DNA from: a virus
Lineage: Duplodnaviria > Heunggongvirae > Uroviricota > Caudoviricetes
DNA length: 64,000 nt
Virus record (IMG/VR): IMGVR_UViG_2541047860_000002
Strand: one strand, 5' to 3'
Shown: positions 29,042-38,500 of the stretch, piece by piece
Position numbering within the stretch: position 1 is the stretch's first letter
Layout of the letters: every line of letters begins with the position of its first letter
The notes under the pieces: generated by a model
What the model was told of the DNA's origin: nothing
Databases searched by the model: none
The model's input: only the letters and a program-made list of their open reading frames with translations
Made by a program: the position numbers and the translations under genes

Positions 29042-29869
29042 TTATTTCACCGGAACAAACGGAACAGCGGTATTACTGGTCATATACTGCGGTAGCGTTC
29101 CGTTCCATTTGTTGATCGCTTCCAACTCCATAACGCCGGGGTTCTGGCGCAGAGCCTCACCGCGTAAACGAATGGCATCAGCTTCAGCCTGGGCTTTTGT
29201 GCGAATGGCATCGGCCTGTCCAGCAGCTTCTGCGCGCAGCATGTTGGCTTCTGCTTCGCGTTGCTTGACTTCCTGCTCGCGTTGCAGAGTTTTCTGGTTC
29301 GCCGTGACTTTGGCATTAATGCTGTCGATAACGGTTGGCGGGTACTCCGGCTTGCCCACATATGAGAGGCTCATTACCTGAATACCGATGGGCGTCATTT
29401 CTTCCTGAATGTCTTTAAGGGCTGCATCAAGCAATTCAGATTTGCCACCGTCGATAAATTTGTCGGTGGTCATTTTGCTGGCTAACCGGTTCAGAGCATC
29501 TGCAACCTTCTGGCGTAGATCGGTATCAGTAATATCATCTACACCTTTGCGATAGGTCTGAAATACCGTTGTGACTTTTGCTGGATCAACCTTGTAGGCT
29601 ACGCCGATGTGGTAACCAATGGTTGTTCCGTCGCTCATCTGGAAGCTGAACGGCTCATCGTATGTCTTCATTTGCTTAAAGGTCGGGAAGATATAAACTT
29701 CAGTATTCAAGCCTGTCCAGTAGCGACCAACGCCAACTACTTCACCGATACCTTTATCATCCCCCAGCTTATTTACTTTGATCCCTACGTTACCTGGCTC
29801 TACCCGATCGCATCCGGTCAGACATAAAGAACCAAAAATAATCGCTGCACTAATCAACGTTTTTTTCAT
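29042..29869 (-). CDS. plp: SPFH/band-7 domain lipoprotein (P1 Plp-like)
   Basis: Lipobox ...SLCLTGC; prohibitin-like core and coiled-coil tail; located inside tRNA cluster as in P1. Confidence 0.75.
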   Translation of the reverse strand: MKKTLISAAIIFGSLCLTGCDRVEPGNVGIKVNKLGDDKGIGEVVGVGRYWTGLNTEVYIFPTFKQMKTYDEPFSFQMSDGTTIGYHIGVAYKVDPAKVTTVFQTYRKGVDDITDTDLRQKVADALNRLASKMTTDKFIDGGKSELLDAALKDIQEEMTPIGIQVMSLSYVGKPEYPPTVIDSINAKVTANQKTLQREQEVKQREAEANMLRAEAAGQADAIRTKAQAEADAIRLRGEALRQNPGVMELEAINKWNGTLPQYMTSNTAVPFVPVK

Positions 29870-30086
29870 TAATCAATTTCCTGGTTTTTTCACGAAAAAA
29901 GACTACTGCAAAAGCCGGGTAAATGAGCGCGAGAAGGACTCCCAACAATACAAGTATTGTGCTGTCAGATGAGATCATATTTGGCAAAAGCCAAACATAC
30001 AGAACCAGTGACACAATCAAACAGAGGACGACATAAATATATAACCGCACCCATAGCGTTCGACATTTGTTCGGATTGTTCTGCAT
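29850..30086 (-). CDS. Small membrane protein upstream of plp
   Basis: 78-aa ORF with two hydrophobic helices. Confidence 0.45.
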   Translation of the reverse strand: MQNNPNKCRTLWVRLYIYVVLCLIVSLVLYVWLLPNMISSDSTILVLLGVLLALIYPAFAVVFFREKTRKLINEKNVD

Positions 30087-30349
30087 CCTCTCACTCCATT
30101 ATTTACCGAATAAAAAAGCTGCGGTGCCTGGTGCCTCCAGGTGACGTTAACCAGTTAACAATTAACGCCGGGATGTTTGACTTAACCACTAAGGAGGATT
30201 GTTTTAACTGTTCCGCGTGCGCTTAGCCGCATTCACCGCAATGGTAAGAGCACTTGGCTGGCTGGGCGGCGATGACGCCTGTACGCATTTGGTGATCCGG
30301 TTCTGCTTCCGGCATTCGCTTAATTAGCCAAATACTCTTAACGTTGCAC

Positions 30350-30436
30350 TGGCGGAGAGTAATGGAATCGAACCATCATCGCTTGCGCAATGGGACGGTT
30401 TTCAAGACCGCTTGAGCACCATGCTCCCTACTCTCC
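30350..30436 (-). tRNA. tRNA-Ser-like (UGA anticodon, long variable arm, atypical short D-loop)
   Basis: Perfect 7-bp acceptor stem, anticodon loop CTTGAAA, T-arm GATGG-TTCGATT-CCATT, CCA encoded. Confidence 0.55.
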
Positions 30437-30533
30437 AGTGATTGTGATGGTCGGTGCTGAACTCCGACACAGGGTTGTAGCAAGCCCCGCAAAGCGCGCA
30501 CTACTGTAGTTGCGGCACATCAGCCTGTGCATT

Positions 30534-30633
30534 CACCACAATGTTGAGAACACTGGTTGTCACGCTGCAACGCAACATTTATTCATAGATTGGGATATGA
30601 CCCCGTTACGCCAGTGTTCTCAACGTTGTGGTG
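30534..30633. repeat. 23-bp inverted repeat (CACCACAATGTTGAGAACACTGG / rc) with 54-nt loop; related copies at ~30233 and ~30765
   Basis: 22/23 match between 30534-30556 and rc of 30611-30633. Confidence 0.6.
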
Positions 30634-30838
30634 CCGGTTACGGTTCCGGCCAGGCCTCTTCCTCAACGGGGTGTTCTCCATACGGACTACCGTTTATTGG
30701 TCGTTCCTGCGGTTTATGTTGTGAAGCCAGATGCTTATCTTCTGGTTGCTTCAAAGAGCTGCACTTCATCACAACGGTAAGAGCACTCGATGCATTTAAG
30801 CCAAGCCCCATAAGGGAGAATGCCCTTACCTGTTGTGT

Positions 30839-30914
30839 TGGTGCCGGTTAACGGACTCGAACCGCTGACATCCTGCTTACAAGGCAGGCGCTCTACCAAC
30901 TGAGCTAAACCGGC
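30839..30914 (-). tRNA. tRNA-Thr (UGU)
   Basis: GCCGGTTTAGCTCAGTTGGTAGAGC...CTTGTAA...GGTTCGAGTCC...CCA. Confidence 0.85.
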
Positions 30915-30918
30915 AATT

Positions 30919-31005
30919 TGGTGGGGAGTGATGGAGTCGAACCACCCGAGTCGCAATGACAGTAGATTTACAGTCTACCCCGCTACCCCTACGGACTAAC
31001 TCCCC
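30919..31005 (-). tRNA. tRNA-Tyr (GUA), type II
   Basis: GGGGAGT acceptor, anticodon loop CTGTAAA, long variable arm, GGTTCGACTCC T-loop, CCA. Confidence 0.85.
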
Positions 31006-31010
31006 TAAAT

Positions 31011-31087
31011 TGGCGATGGTGGGTGGATTCGAACCACCGACCGACAGCTTAGAAGGCTGCTGCTCTATCCTACTGAGCTACACCATC
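31011..31087 (-). tRNA. tRNA-Arg (UCU)
   Basis: GATGGTG acceptor, GCTCAGTAGGATAGAGC D-arm, anticodon loop CTTCTAA, GGTTCGAATCC, CCA. Confidence 0.8.
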
Positions 31088-31590
31088 ACTTGCCGGGTAC
31101 GTCTCCGGCGAGGGCTTCCACCTCCGTATGCTTTTCGGCGCACCGCGCCCTGGCTGCAATTCGGTAACAGGGGATGCACAACCCTGGCTTCCAGCGTGAT
31201 TAGCGCCTTCAGCATGACGGGATATACCCGTAGTAGGATGTTATCCCAGAAAGCCATTAATCAATGGCTGTTACGCGGGAGGGACGTAACAGGTAAGGGC
31301 GCTGACCAGAAAGACCTGACCCTTCTCATTCATCTGGTTAATCACACCAGCGCCCTTGCCTGTTATGCCTCCCCGTTCCCTAATACACAGACGGGGACAC
31401 TCTGCGGTCGATTTTTTGACGGGGGACGACTCATACCCCGTGGCGTCTGGCTTCTTAGGCCGCTACCATCATCAGATCATCGTTTGCATTTACTTTAATG
31501 GTCGGTTTCTAAACCGCCGCAAAGTCGCTAACCATGACGAAAACCCTAAAAAAGCCCACCCGAAGATGGGCAAATACGCTACATCTCACA

Positions 31591-31669
31591 CAAGAAAGAA
31601 GCCGACTGCCTGAGCTGGATTCACTTTCAAATGCCCGCAGAAAGGGATCACAAGTCGGCTTCTTTCTTG
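31591..31669. repeat. Perfect 17-bp inverted repeat (CAAGAAAGAAGCCGACT ... AGTCGGCTTCTTTCTTG), 45-nt spacer
   Basis: Direct reading of 31591-31607 and 31653-31669. Confidence 0.7.
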
Positions 31670-32303
31670 ATGCGGCACTCTCTCCGCCCGTCACCGCTCT
31701 GTCTCGGTTGTCGCGTTTGCCACGCCAGCCGTAACGAGGTTTAAAGTCTTTACACGTTTCCATCACTCGACTGCCGTCTGTGGCTGTTCGTTGCAGCGGG
31801 GGTGCCTCCCCCTGGGGATATCCCCGGCCTTACCCCATTCTTTCAAGACACAATGCAAGGCCACATCCGCATAGGTGCATTACCGCAACATTAAGGAGAC
31901 TCAGGGCAAAAGGTAACCGCCACAAAAATCCCTATGCCTCCTTAATGTTGAAGATGTGCATTGATGATTAGATGCAGCATGTACCGTTACTCTCTGCCGG
32001 ACCATCATCAATGAACACCTTAAAAAGACCTTCCGTGGCTCAACATGTATTGTCGTTTACTCCGCAAAGTGCTCTCTCTGAAACCACTTTCCGCACTAAA
32101 CCTGCTGAACTTTGGCCTGCACGGTGCCAAAGCGTGCTCTTGCATTACCATCCTTTTCTAACACTTTAATTTGTTAAATGCTGGTGGGCGAACAATAACC
32201 AATAAGTGACTATCAAGCCCAGCAAGCGAAACGTGGGTACTGCCCACCAGCAAGGAAAATTCTATGTTAAGTTATCTCCACAATCAATACATTCGAATTG
32301 TGA

Positions 32304-32327
32304 TTTTAGATTTCTAACACATTATTT
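32304..32327 (-). promoter_or_regulatory. Operator-like motif (rc TGTGTTAGAAATCTAAAA, copy f) ahead of the noncoding leader and tRNA operon
   Basis: Overlaps stop of ORF 32322-33530; upstream (minus strand) of the tRNA cluster. Confidence 0.4.
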
Positions 32328-33530
32328 CCCATAAAGATCTTCTACACCCCCATTCTTCTTATCCCATTCGTTCGCCCATACCCGGCAAGCGTCAATGATT
32401 TCCTGACGACGATCTCCTTGCATGAACGGGATGCTTTCATGGAAACAGCTTGGAATGCAGGCCACACTGAATACAGTATCAAACTCCGTCTGCTTGATTG
32501 CCTCCAGCGTCTCCGGACGCATTTTTAATTCATCGATTGGCGCATCCTTAGAGTCCATAATCCGGCGATATAAGCGCGGAAAATCCGTCTCCAGGTACGC
32601 CATAATTTTATCTGCGAGACATTCGTCTATGTCGGTATTCCAGTCCTTTTCGAAGCCCGGCAGGCGATAGTAAAGCGGCGTTCCCCATACCGATGGGATC
32701 ACATCCATCGTTAACAGGCGATTGGTTCTGATTTGTTGATGGTAATTAGCCGTCAACAGTGCTTCGCCACGCTGCCCTGTTTCCGCAACCAGGCCGTGCG
32801 GATACTCATGGATGTAGGCAATGGCATCCCTTCCATCATACATGAGTGGAAATGTCTCTGGTCTTTGTCCCATGCCACAAGCACGGTTCAGATCGTGACC
32901 AAGCTGTGAGCACTCTCGCTTTAATGTTTCGATAATGCTCTGCGCTGTAGCCAACTTTTTACGCAGTGTGACGCCTTCGCCTTGATAATCAATGCATTGC
33001 TGATTGAGCTTGGTTAAACGCTCTTTTAGTTCCCTGCGCTCTCTTTTCAGCGTGCGGTTATCCTTCTCCGCAACATCCAGCCGCTTTGTCAGGCTTGGCG
33101 GATAGTCTTTTTTGTAACGGTTCAAATCGGCTTCGGCAGATTTACGCAGTGTATTTGCCTGTTCAAGACGCGCTTCCAGATTGCCGATCTCATTACGCAT
33201 ATTCGCGGCAAATTGATTAACTGCATCACCTAGGCTTTCAACTGTCGCTGATACGCCTGTGACTTGTGAAAAACGGATCAAGCCATCATTAACGGCTTGT
33301 TGGTATTCCTCAAACTGATCCACCAGCTTATTGTAATCAACTGCCCCATCATCAAGCAGCTTGTTGATTTCCGCCACCAGGTTATCTGTAGTGGCAATGA
33401 CACTCTCGTGCAGTCGCTTTGACAGGTCATCACCCGGATTCCGTTTCTGTATAAGAGCGATTTGTGTGCGCAGCGTTTCAATTGCTGTCGAGATAATTTC
33501 CAGATTAGAAGTATCAGTGTGTTGACTCAT
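32322..33530 (-). CDS. Hypothetical protein (probable ATG start 33530)
   Basis: ~400-aa ORF preceded by operator copy g. Confidence 0.5.
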   Translation of the reverse strand: MSQHTDTSNLEIISTAIETLRTQIALIQKRNPGDDLSKRLHESVIATTDNLVAEINKLLDDGAVDYNKLVDQFEEYQQAVNDGLIRFSQVTGVSATVESLGDAVNQFAANMRNEIGNLEARLEQANTLRKSAEADLNRYKKDYPPSLTKRLDVAEKDNRTLKRERRELKERLTKLNQQCIDYQGEGVTLRKKLATAQSIIETLKRECSQLGHDLNRACGMGQRPETFPLMYDGRDAIAYIHEYPHGLVAETGQRGEALLTANYHQQIRTNRLLTMDVIPSVWGTPLYYRLPGFEKDWNTDIDECLADKIMAYLETDFPRLYRRIMDSKDAPIDELKMRPETLEAIKQTEFDTVFSVACIPSCFHESIPFMQGDRRQEIIDACRVWANEWDKKNGGVEDLYGK

Positions 33531-33552
33531 TGCTGTTCCCGTCACTTTGTTA

Positions 33553-33577
33553 AATTAGTTTTCTAACATATTTTATT
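33553..33577 (-). promoter_or_regulatory. Operator-like motif (rc ATGTTAGAAAACTAATTT, copy g)
   Basis: Immediately upstream of ORF 32322-33530. Confidence 0.45.
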
Positions 33578-33643
33578 AGTTTGATGACGGTATCGGAAGA
33601 TGCAATAAACAAAAAACCCGCTAATTGGCTGGTTTTTATGCAA

Positions 33644-33958
33644 TTACTGTGTTGCAGCCTGATAAATAAGATACGCGATAAATACAGGTACGATGGCCCA
33701 TTGCAGCAATGAAAGTAGCCTCATTACTGTTATTGGGGTAACTCCATCCACGTATTGTTTCTCTGACATTTTCCCTAACCAACTAACCGACAACAGTGCC
33801 GAGTTTTCCCCCAATTCCAGCTCTCTGAGAGCTTCACGGATTAACGGCGCTGTCACAGCCTTAACCGGCGTGCTCAACGTGATACTCCGCGTCCTCCCCG
33901 CATCGTCAGCGAACGCCAGACTCACATGATATTTTTTGCTCAATGCACAAACTCCCAA
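33644..33958 (-). CDS. Hypothetical protein with C-terminal TM helix
   Basis: 104-aa ORF. Confidence 0.4.
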   Translation of the reverse strand: MGVCALSKKYHVSLAFADDAGRTRSITLSTPVKAVTAPLIREALRELELGENSALLSVSWLGKMSEKQYVDGVTPITVMRLLSLLQWAIVPVFIAYLIYQAATQ

Positions 33959-34140
33959 TCATCAGCGCTTGCACTTTCCGGGGTTATGTGAACCTTATCG
34001 CCAGTAACAATATTGCGAGCTTCAAAACTTCCATTGATACGTTTCGAGATCTCAATACATAGAGCCTGCTGCCATGAGCGACGACGAGCGATAGCATTAG
34101 TTCCTGCAGGGATAAGTTCTGCCACGTTAAGTAAACGCAA
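33940..34140 (-). CDS. Small protein with RRRSW ... ADDWEFV signature (DUF2829-like, short)
   Basis: 66-aa ORF; same terminal signature as four other ORFs. Confidence 0.35.
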   Translation of the reverse strand: MRLLNVAELIPAGTNAIARRRSWQQALCIEISKRINGSFEARNIVTGDKVHITPESASADDWEFVH

Positions 34141-34154
34141 AACGATTTCTCCGT

Positions 34155-34617
34155 TTAATCAAGACAAACATACTCCGTGATAGCTTTTATGGCTTCAGCG
34201 GCACTGCGCGCCTCAAAGCAGTAGTAACCGGCTTCAGTGAGGCGGGTCATCCAGACGAGTTGTTCGGGAGTCAGGCGATTTCTCCCATGTTTCATCTCAA
34301 TGCGCATTCCGTGGTATCCCCCCACAAGCAAGGTCTATAGAAAGATCGGGATATCCCTTCTTTTGGCCCTCTGCCACCATTTTTATTGCCGTCCTTATGC
34401 CTCGCAGGCCACCGTTTGGAGTGGCGTGAGTATGCTCATACACATAACGCATATTGCGATACAACCAGTCCAGGACGCGAACCTGCTCGTAATGCTCATG
34501 GTTCCTTTTGATTAGATCTGGGTTTTTCTCCAGTTCTCTAAGAGCTGCGGCATGTGGGGATGTTTCAGAATATTCACTGCGACGCCTTCTCTTTCGCGCT
34601 ATTTTTCTAACACACAT
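34155..34617 (-). pseudogene. VRR-NUC domain nuclease gene interrupted by a frameshift at a C6 tract (34318-34323)
   Basis: N-part ...GYPDLSIDLACGG then, in the adjacent frame, YHGMRIEMKHGRNRLTPEQLVW... completes the PD..(I)E(M)K nuclease core. Confidence 0.6.
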
Positions 34618-34620
34618 ATT
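34604..34620 (-). promoter_or_regulatory. Operator-like motif (rc TGTGTGTTAGAAAA, copy h) overlapping the VRR-NUC start
   Basis: Overlaps ATG 34615-34617. Confidence 0.4.
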
Positions 34621-34786
34621 GATAGTAAATATGCGAAATAATAACAACAACGTTAGATTTATAAAACAAGAGAGATACTACTCAAGGATGGTCTATATGC
34701 AACAGGTCGGATTTGCTTTTAGAGTAAAGAGTGACCTTAATCAACAAGGAGGGTAAATCGCATGGCATTTACCCAACCTGTTATTT

Positions 34787-35047
34787 TTAAAGGGTTATTT
34801 TATCCTGTTCGGATAATTCTTTGATTGTCTTGTCGATTGCGATCAACCAACCTTCATAGGTTAAATCATCAACAAGTTCTACCAACTTATCATCGGTGTG
34901 AGGAAAGTATACCCAGCTCCAGTTCGCGGGGTTTTCTGCTTTTCGCAGCGTAAAAACCTTCTTGTATCGGTGGAACTCAAGGACATACCCCTTCGATATG
35001 GAATATTCCTTTAGGTCTTCGACCGTAAACCTACGATTCTTTCGCAT
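34787..35047 (-). CDS. Hypothetical protein downstream of darB
   Basis: 86-aa ORF. Confidence 0.4.
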   Translation of the reverse strand: MRKNRRFTVEDLKEYSISKGYVLEFHRYKKVFTLRKAENPANWSWVYFPHTDDKLVELVDDLTYEGWLIAIDKTIKELSEQDKITL

Positions 35048-35049
35048 GG

Positions 35050-35484
35050 CTACCCCATGATTCGATATTTCTCTATAGACTCGTCGTAACTTGTGTACAC
35101 GTATGGCTCTGTATCATCGGCATAAGGTGCGACTTCCAGAGCATGAACAGGATTGTATACCGCGTCATTTTCCAGGCGATCGCTCGAATACAGATGCCCA
35201 GCCAAAACCGTAAGCGCCGGGCGACTCATTTTGTAGATCTCTGCCACATCACTATCTACAACTTGTCCAAATGATATGTCGCCGCGCTCCAGCAATAACG
35301 TTTTAAGCGCAGGCCACCACGGCCCATAAAGGTGATAAAGCTGTGGATCTCGTTTCAGCCTTTCCACCATGCCATTCAGATATGCATCCAGAAACGCCTC
35401 TTCACTCCTGCCATTGAGCGCCTGCGGCAAAATGTCCTCAAGGTAGGATTCCGTCGGTTTTACAGTGTCAATTAGTGTCGTCAT
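35050..35484 (-). CDS. Hypothetical protein downstream of darB
   Basis: 144-aa ORF. Confidence 0.4.
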   Translation of the reverse strand: MTTLIDTVKPTESYLEDILPQALNGRSEEAFLDAYLNGMVERLKRDPQLYHLYGPWWPALKTLLLERGDISFGQVVDSDVAEIYKMSRPALTVLAGHLYSSDRLENDAVYNPVHALEVAPYADDTEPYVYTSYDESIEKYRIMG

Positions 35485-35520
35485 TCAAATTCGGCCCCGG
35501 TTGGGGCCGCTCCTTATCTG

Positions 35521-38500
35521 TTAAGCCGCATCGGCGATTATTTTACGCAGTTCATCTACCGAGTAACGCGTAGATACCATCCACGCCGGACGGTCAAAGT
35601 CCACATCCGCGACAGGATTCACTTCAAAATTCCAGAAACGCCCGCCAATCTTCTTAATCGCGTCTTTGGCGTTCCGTATTGTCGAGGAACCTGGTTGGTC
35701 GGCAATGAGATAAACCGCGCCAACGTCCTCGCTGACGCTCCACCAGCGCCCGCGAACACGCGCCTTAGCGCGAATAGGCTTATCATTAACCACAATGATA
35801 TAGTCATCATTTGCCGCTTCATCAGCTCTGGCTTCAGCCACTGCCGCCTGCTCTTCTCTTTTGCTTTCAGCCTGCTCAAGCCTTTCCGCGATCTCTGATT
35901 CAGTGGCCCCGCCGTTTTTCAGCGATACATAGTCCTGCCACGTTGCCGATTTGAGCGTATCCGGCAACTCATTCACATAGTCGCCATCTTTCAACTCACG
36001 GGCGCGGCGGGTAGCCATTTCTACCAGGCGATTAACAGAAACAGCATCAGCAAAATCGTCCTTACTAATGTGTTTTTCATCAAATGCATTGATGACAGCC
36101 CCCACCTTAATCCACTGTGCTGCCGGTGATTCCAGGGGGTTATCAGCCTGGACAATGGCGAGTTTCGCTCCATCTACCCCATTATTCGCCAACTGTTCCA
36201 GCGCCGCCCATCCATCTGCATCACTGAGTGATTTATATTGCTCAAACAATGCATCGCGCCAGGCCACCAGCGCAGAACGTGTTTTTTCGATCTTCGCCTT
36301 AATTTTCGCGATCTTGACCTGATTAAACATCCGTTCAATATCATCGATATTGCTAAAGGCTTTCATCCTGCCCTGGAATAAACGGTATGCCAGCACGGTC
36401 CTCCAGAATGATTCCAGACCTTCTCCGGACGGTTTACGGAACAAGCTAAGAATATCTTCAGAAGTGACTTTATTAAGCGAACGACCTGACAGACCACGCC
36501 CAGCCATCCAGTTTTCGAACTCCTTGGCAACATCATCCATCGTTGCCTGTGCGCCCCATGCCTGCATTCCCTGGATGTAATCATACCCATACAATGCCTG
36601 GAGGAATCCCTCTCCGTCCACGATATTCAGCGGGTTATCACTGGCTTGTATTTTTGCCACTTCACGCTTCAGCGCCTCGTCGTTGCCATCAGGATATATC
36701 CATCGTTCAGGTGCTATATCCGATGCTCGCCCGATTTTTTGGCCTATCACGCCATCATAGGTCGATGACAGCGCGATCTGCCCATCATCTGTGCGATAGG
36801 CCCAGTATTTAATAGCTGATCCACCGCCCCATGCATTACCAGGTTTACCAGCAATAACATTCATTACCCCATTGCGAATAGCATCATAGAACTGATCGCG
36901 AGTAAGTATTGTTGATAGCTGGTGGCACTGAACACCACGCGCAGCCGTTGCGCGCGATTCAGCAACCCCCTCTTCAAAAGTTACCGCTTCAATCACAGAG
37001 TCAAACGGCAATGTAACGATTGACCCCGGTGATCGAGCGTAACGACTTGCTCTATCCAGCCAGGCGATACGACAGATGTATTGTGCTTTTTCACCGTCAA
37101 TTTTTTCCACCCGGACAATCGCTGTTGTTTCGCGATCATCAATGACTGCACGGTAATAACTACCTTTATGCAACAGGATATTCTTGTCAGTGCGCATATA
37201 TTCCTGTGGGTTCTGAATAACATCGATACTGATATCCAGCACACCAGACTTAATAGCGCGCTCCACATCACCACGAGAGCGTTTCATTATGGTATCCGCG
37301 TCTTTTGCCCTGGTGATCGCAAACCGCAGCACCCGCGCACGTTTTCTGTAGCTACTCAACTGCTCAAGCGCGTATTTTTGCCCATTCCTGTTCGTACCCG
37401 CTTTTATCAGGTCGTCAAGATTGCGCTGGTAATACTCTATCTGTTCCATCGCGCTTTTCAGTTCTGTCTCCATCATGCCGATATCTTTTCCGGCGGCGTT
37501 TGCCGCTTTCAGGTAGATATCGAGAGCATTGTTGGCCTCGCGCTGTGCTTTCAGTTTCAGACGTTCTTCACGCTCTTGCGCCTGGCGAGCCATGATTGCG
37601 CGGCGTTCTTCCGGGTTTGCCGCCAGCATAATGGCGCGTTCATCAGCATCATCCACATCACCATTGGCGATCTCTGACATGTCGGAGGTCATCACCATCT
37701 TGATCCAGTCTTTCTTACGTTTCAGCGTATCCAGACGGAAGTCGTCGAATGTGCCTTTGCCACAATAGTAGTGAACATTGACCTTCTCTTGCGGTGAACC
37801 TACGCGCGCACCGCGCCCATTTCGTTGGTCGATACTGGCTGGTGTCCAGGGTAGTGTCAGGTGGTGGATATCGGTTGTCCCGATGTGCAGGTTAATACCT
37901 ACTTCAGCCTTCTTGTTACAGATTATGATGCGCGTGCGACCTTCGTTATAGTCGGCGGCAATACCTTCCATGCCCTCAAGGCCAGCATCATTTTTAGCTG
38001 AGAGATAATCCTCATATTGGGCAAGTTTGCTGTAGTAGGTTTCCCATGCCCCTTCTTTGTATTCACCGTTTTTGTTTGGAGTAGGTTCGGTCGGCTTATT
38101 CACCTTCTTCAGCTTGATGCCGCCAGCCTGGCTAACTGTCGTCGCATTGATAATGCCAATCTCCTGCTCCGGCATTTGCAGTGCACTGGCGATAATACGG
38201 CGCAGCTTCTGGTGCTGGGCTTTTTCATCAATAAAGACGATCTGCTTACCGTTCTTCAGACCTTCACGAAGATTTTCGATCAGCGCGGCATACTTCGGCG
38301 GGATGGGGTGCGATACCTGCTGCATATCAATACCGGCAGCCGCAATGGCCTTCAGTATTTCAGCTTCCAGTTCAATGCTGGCACGTATTTCAACATGCGT
38401 CGGATGTTCACTAAAAGCGGTCTTCACTACCTTGCTGGTACGCGTACTGACCAGCCCGCCAGCGCCGTCTTCCTCGGCCTCATCAACATCATCTGCCACT

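Noticed and set aside
30100-30230. tRNA-like 3' end (GGAGGCACCA) upstream of the tRNA-Ser-like gene
   Set aside because: No T-arm (GGTTCGA-type) or acceptor pairing could be built; likely a fragment.
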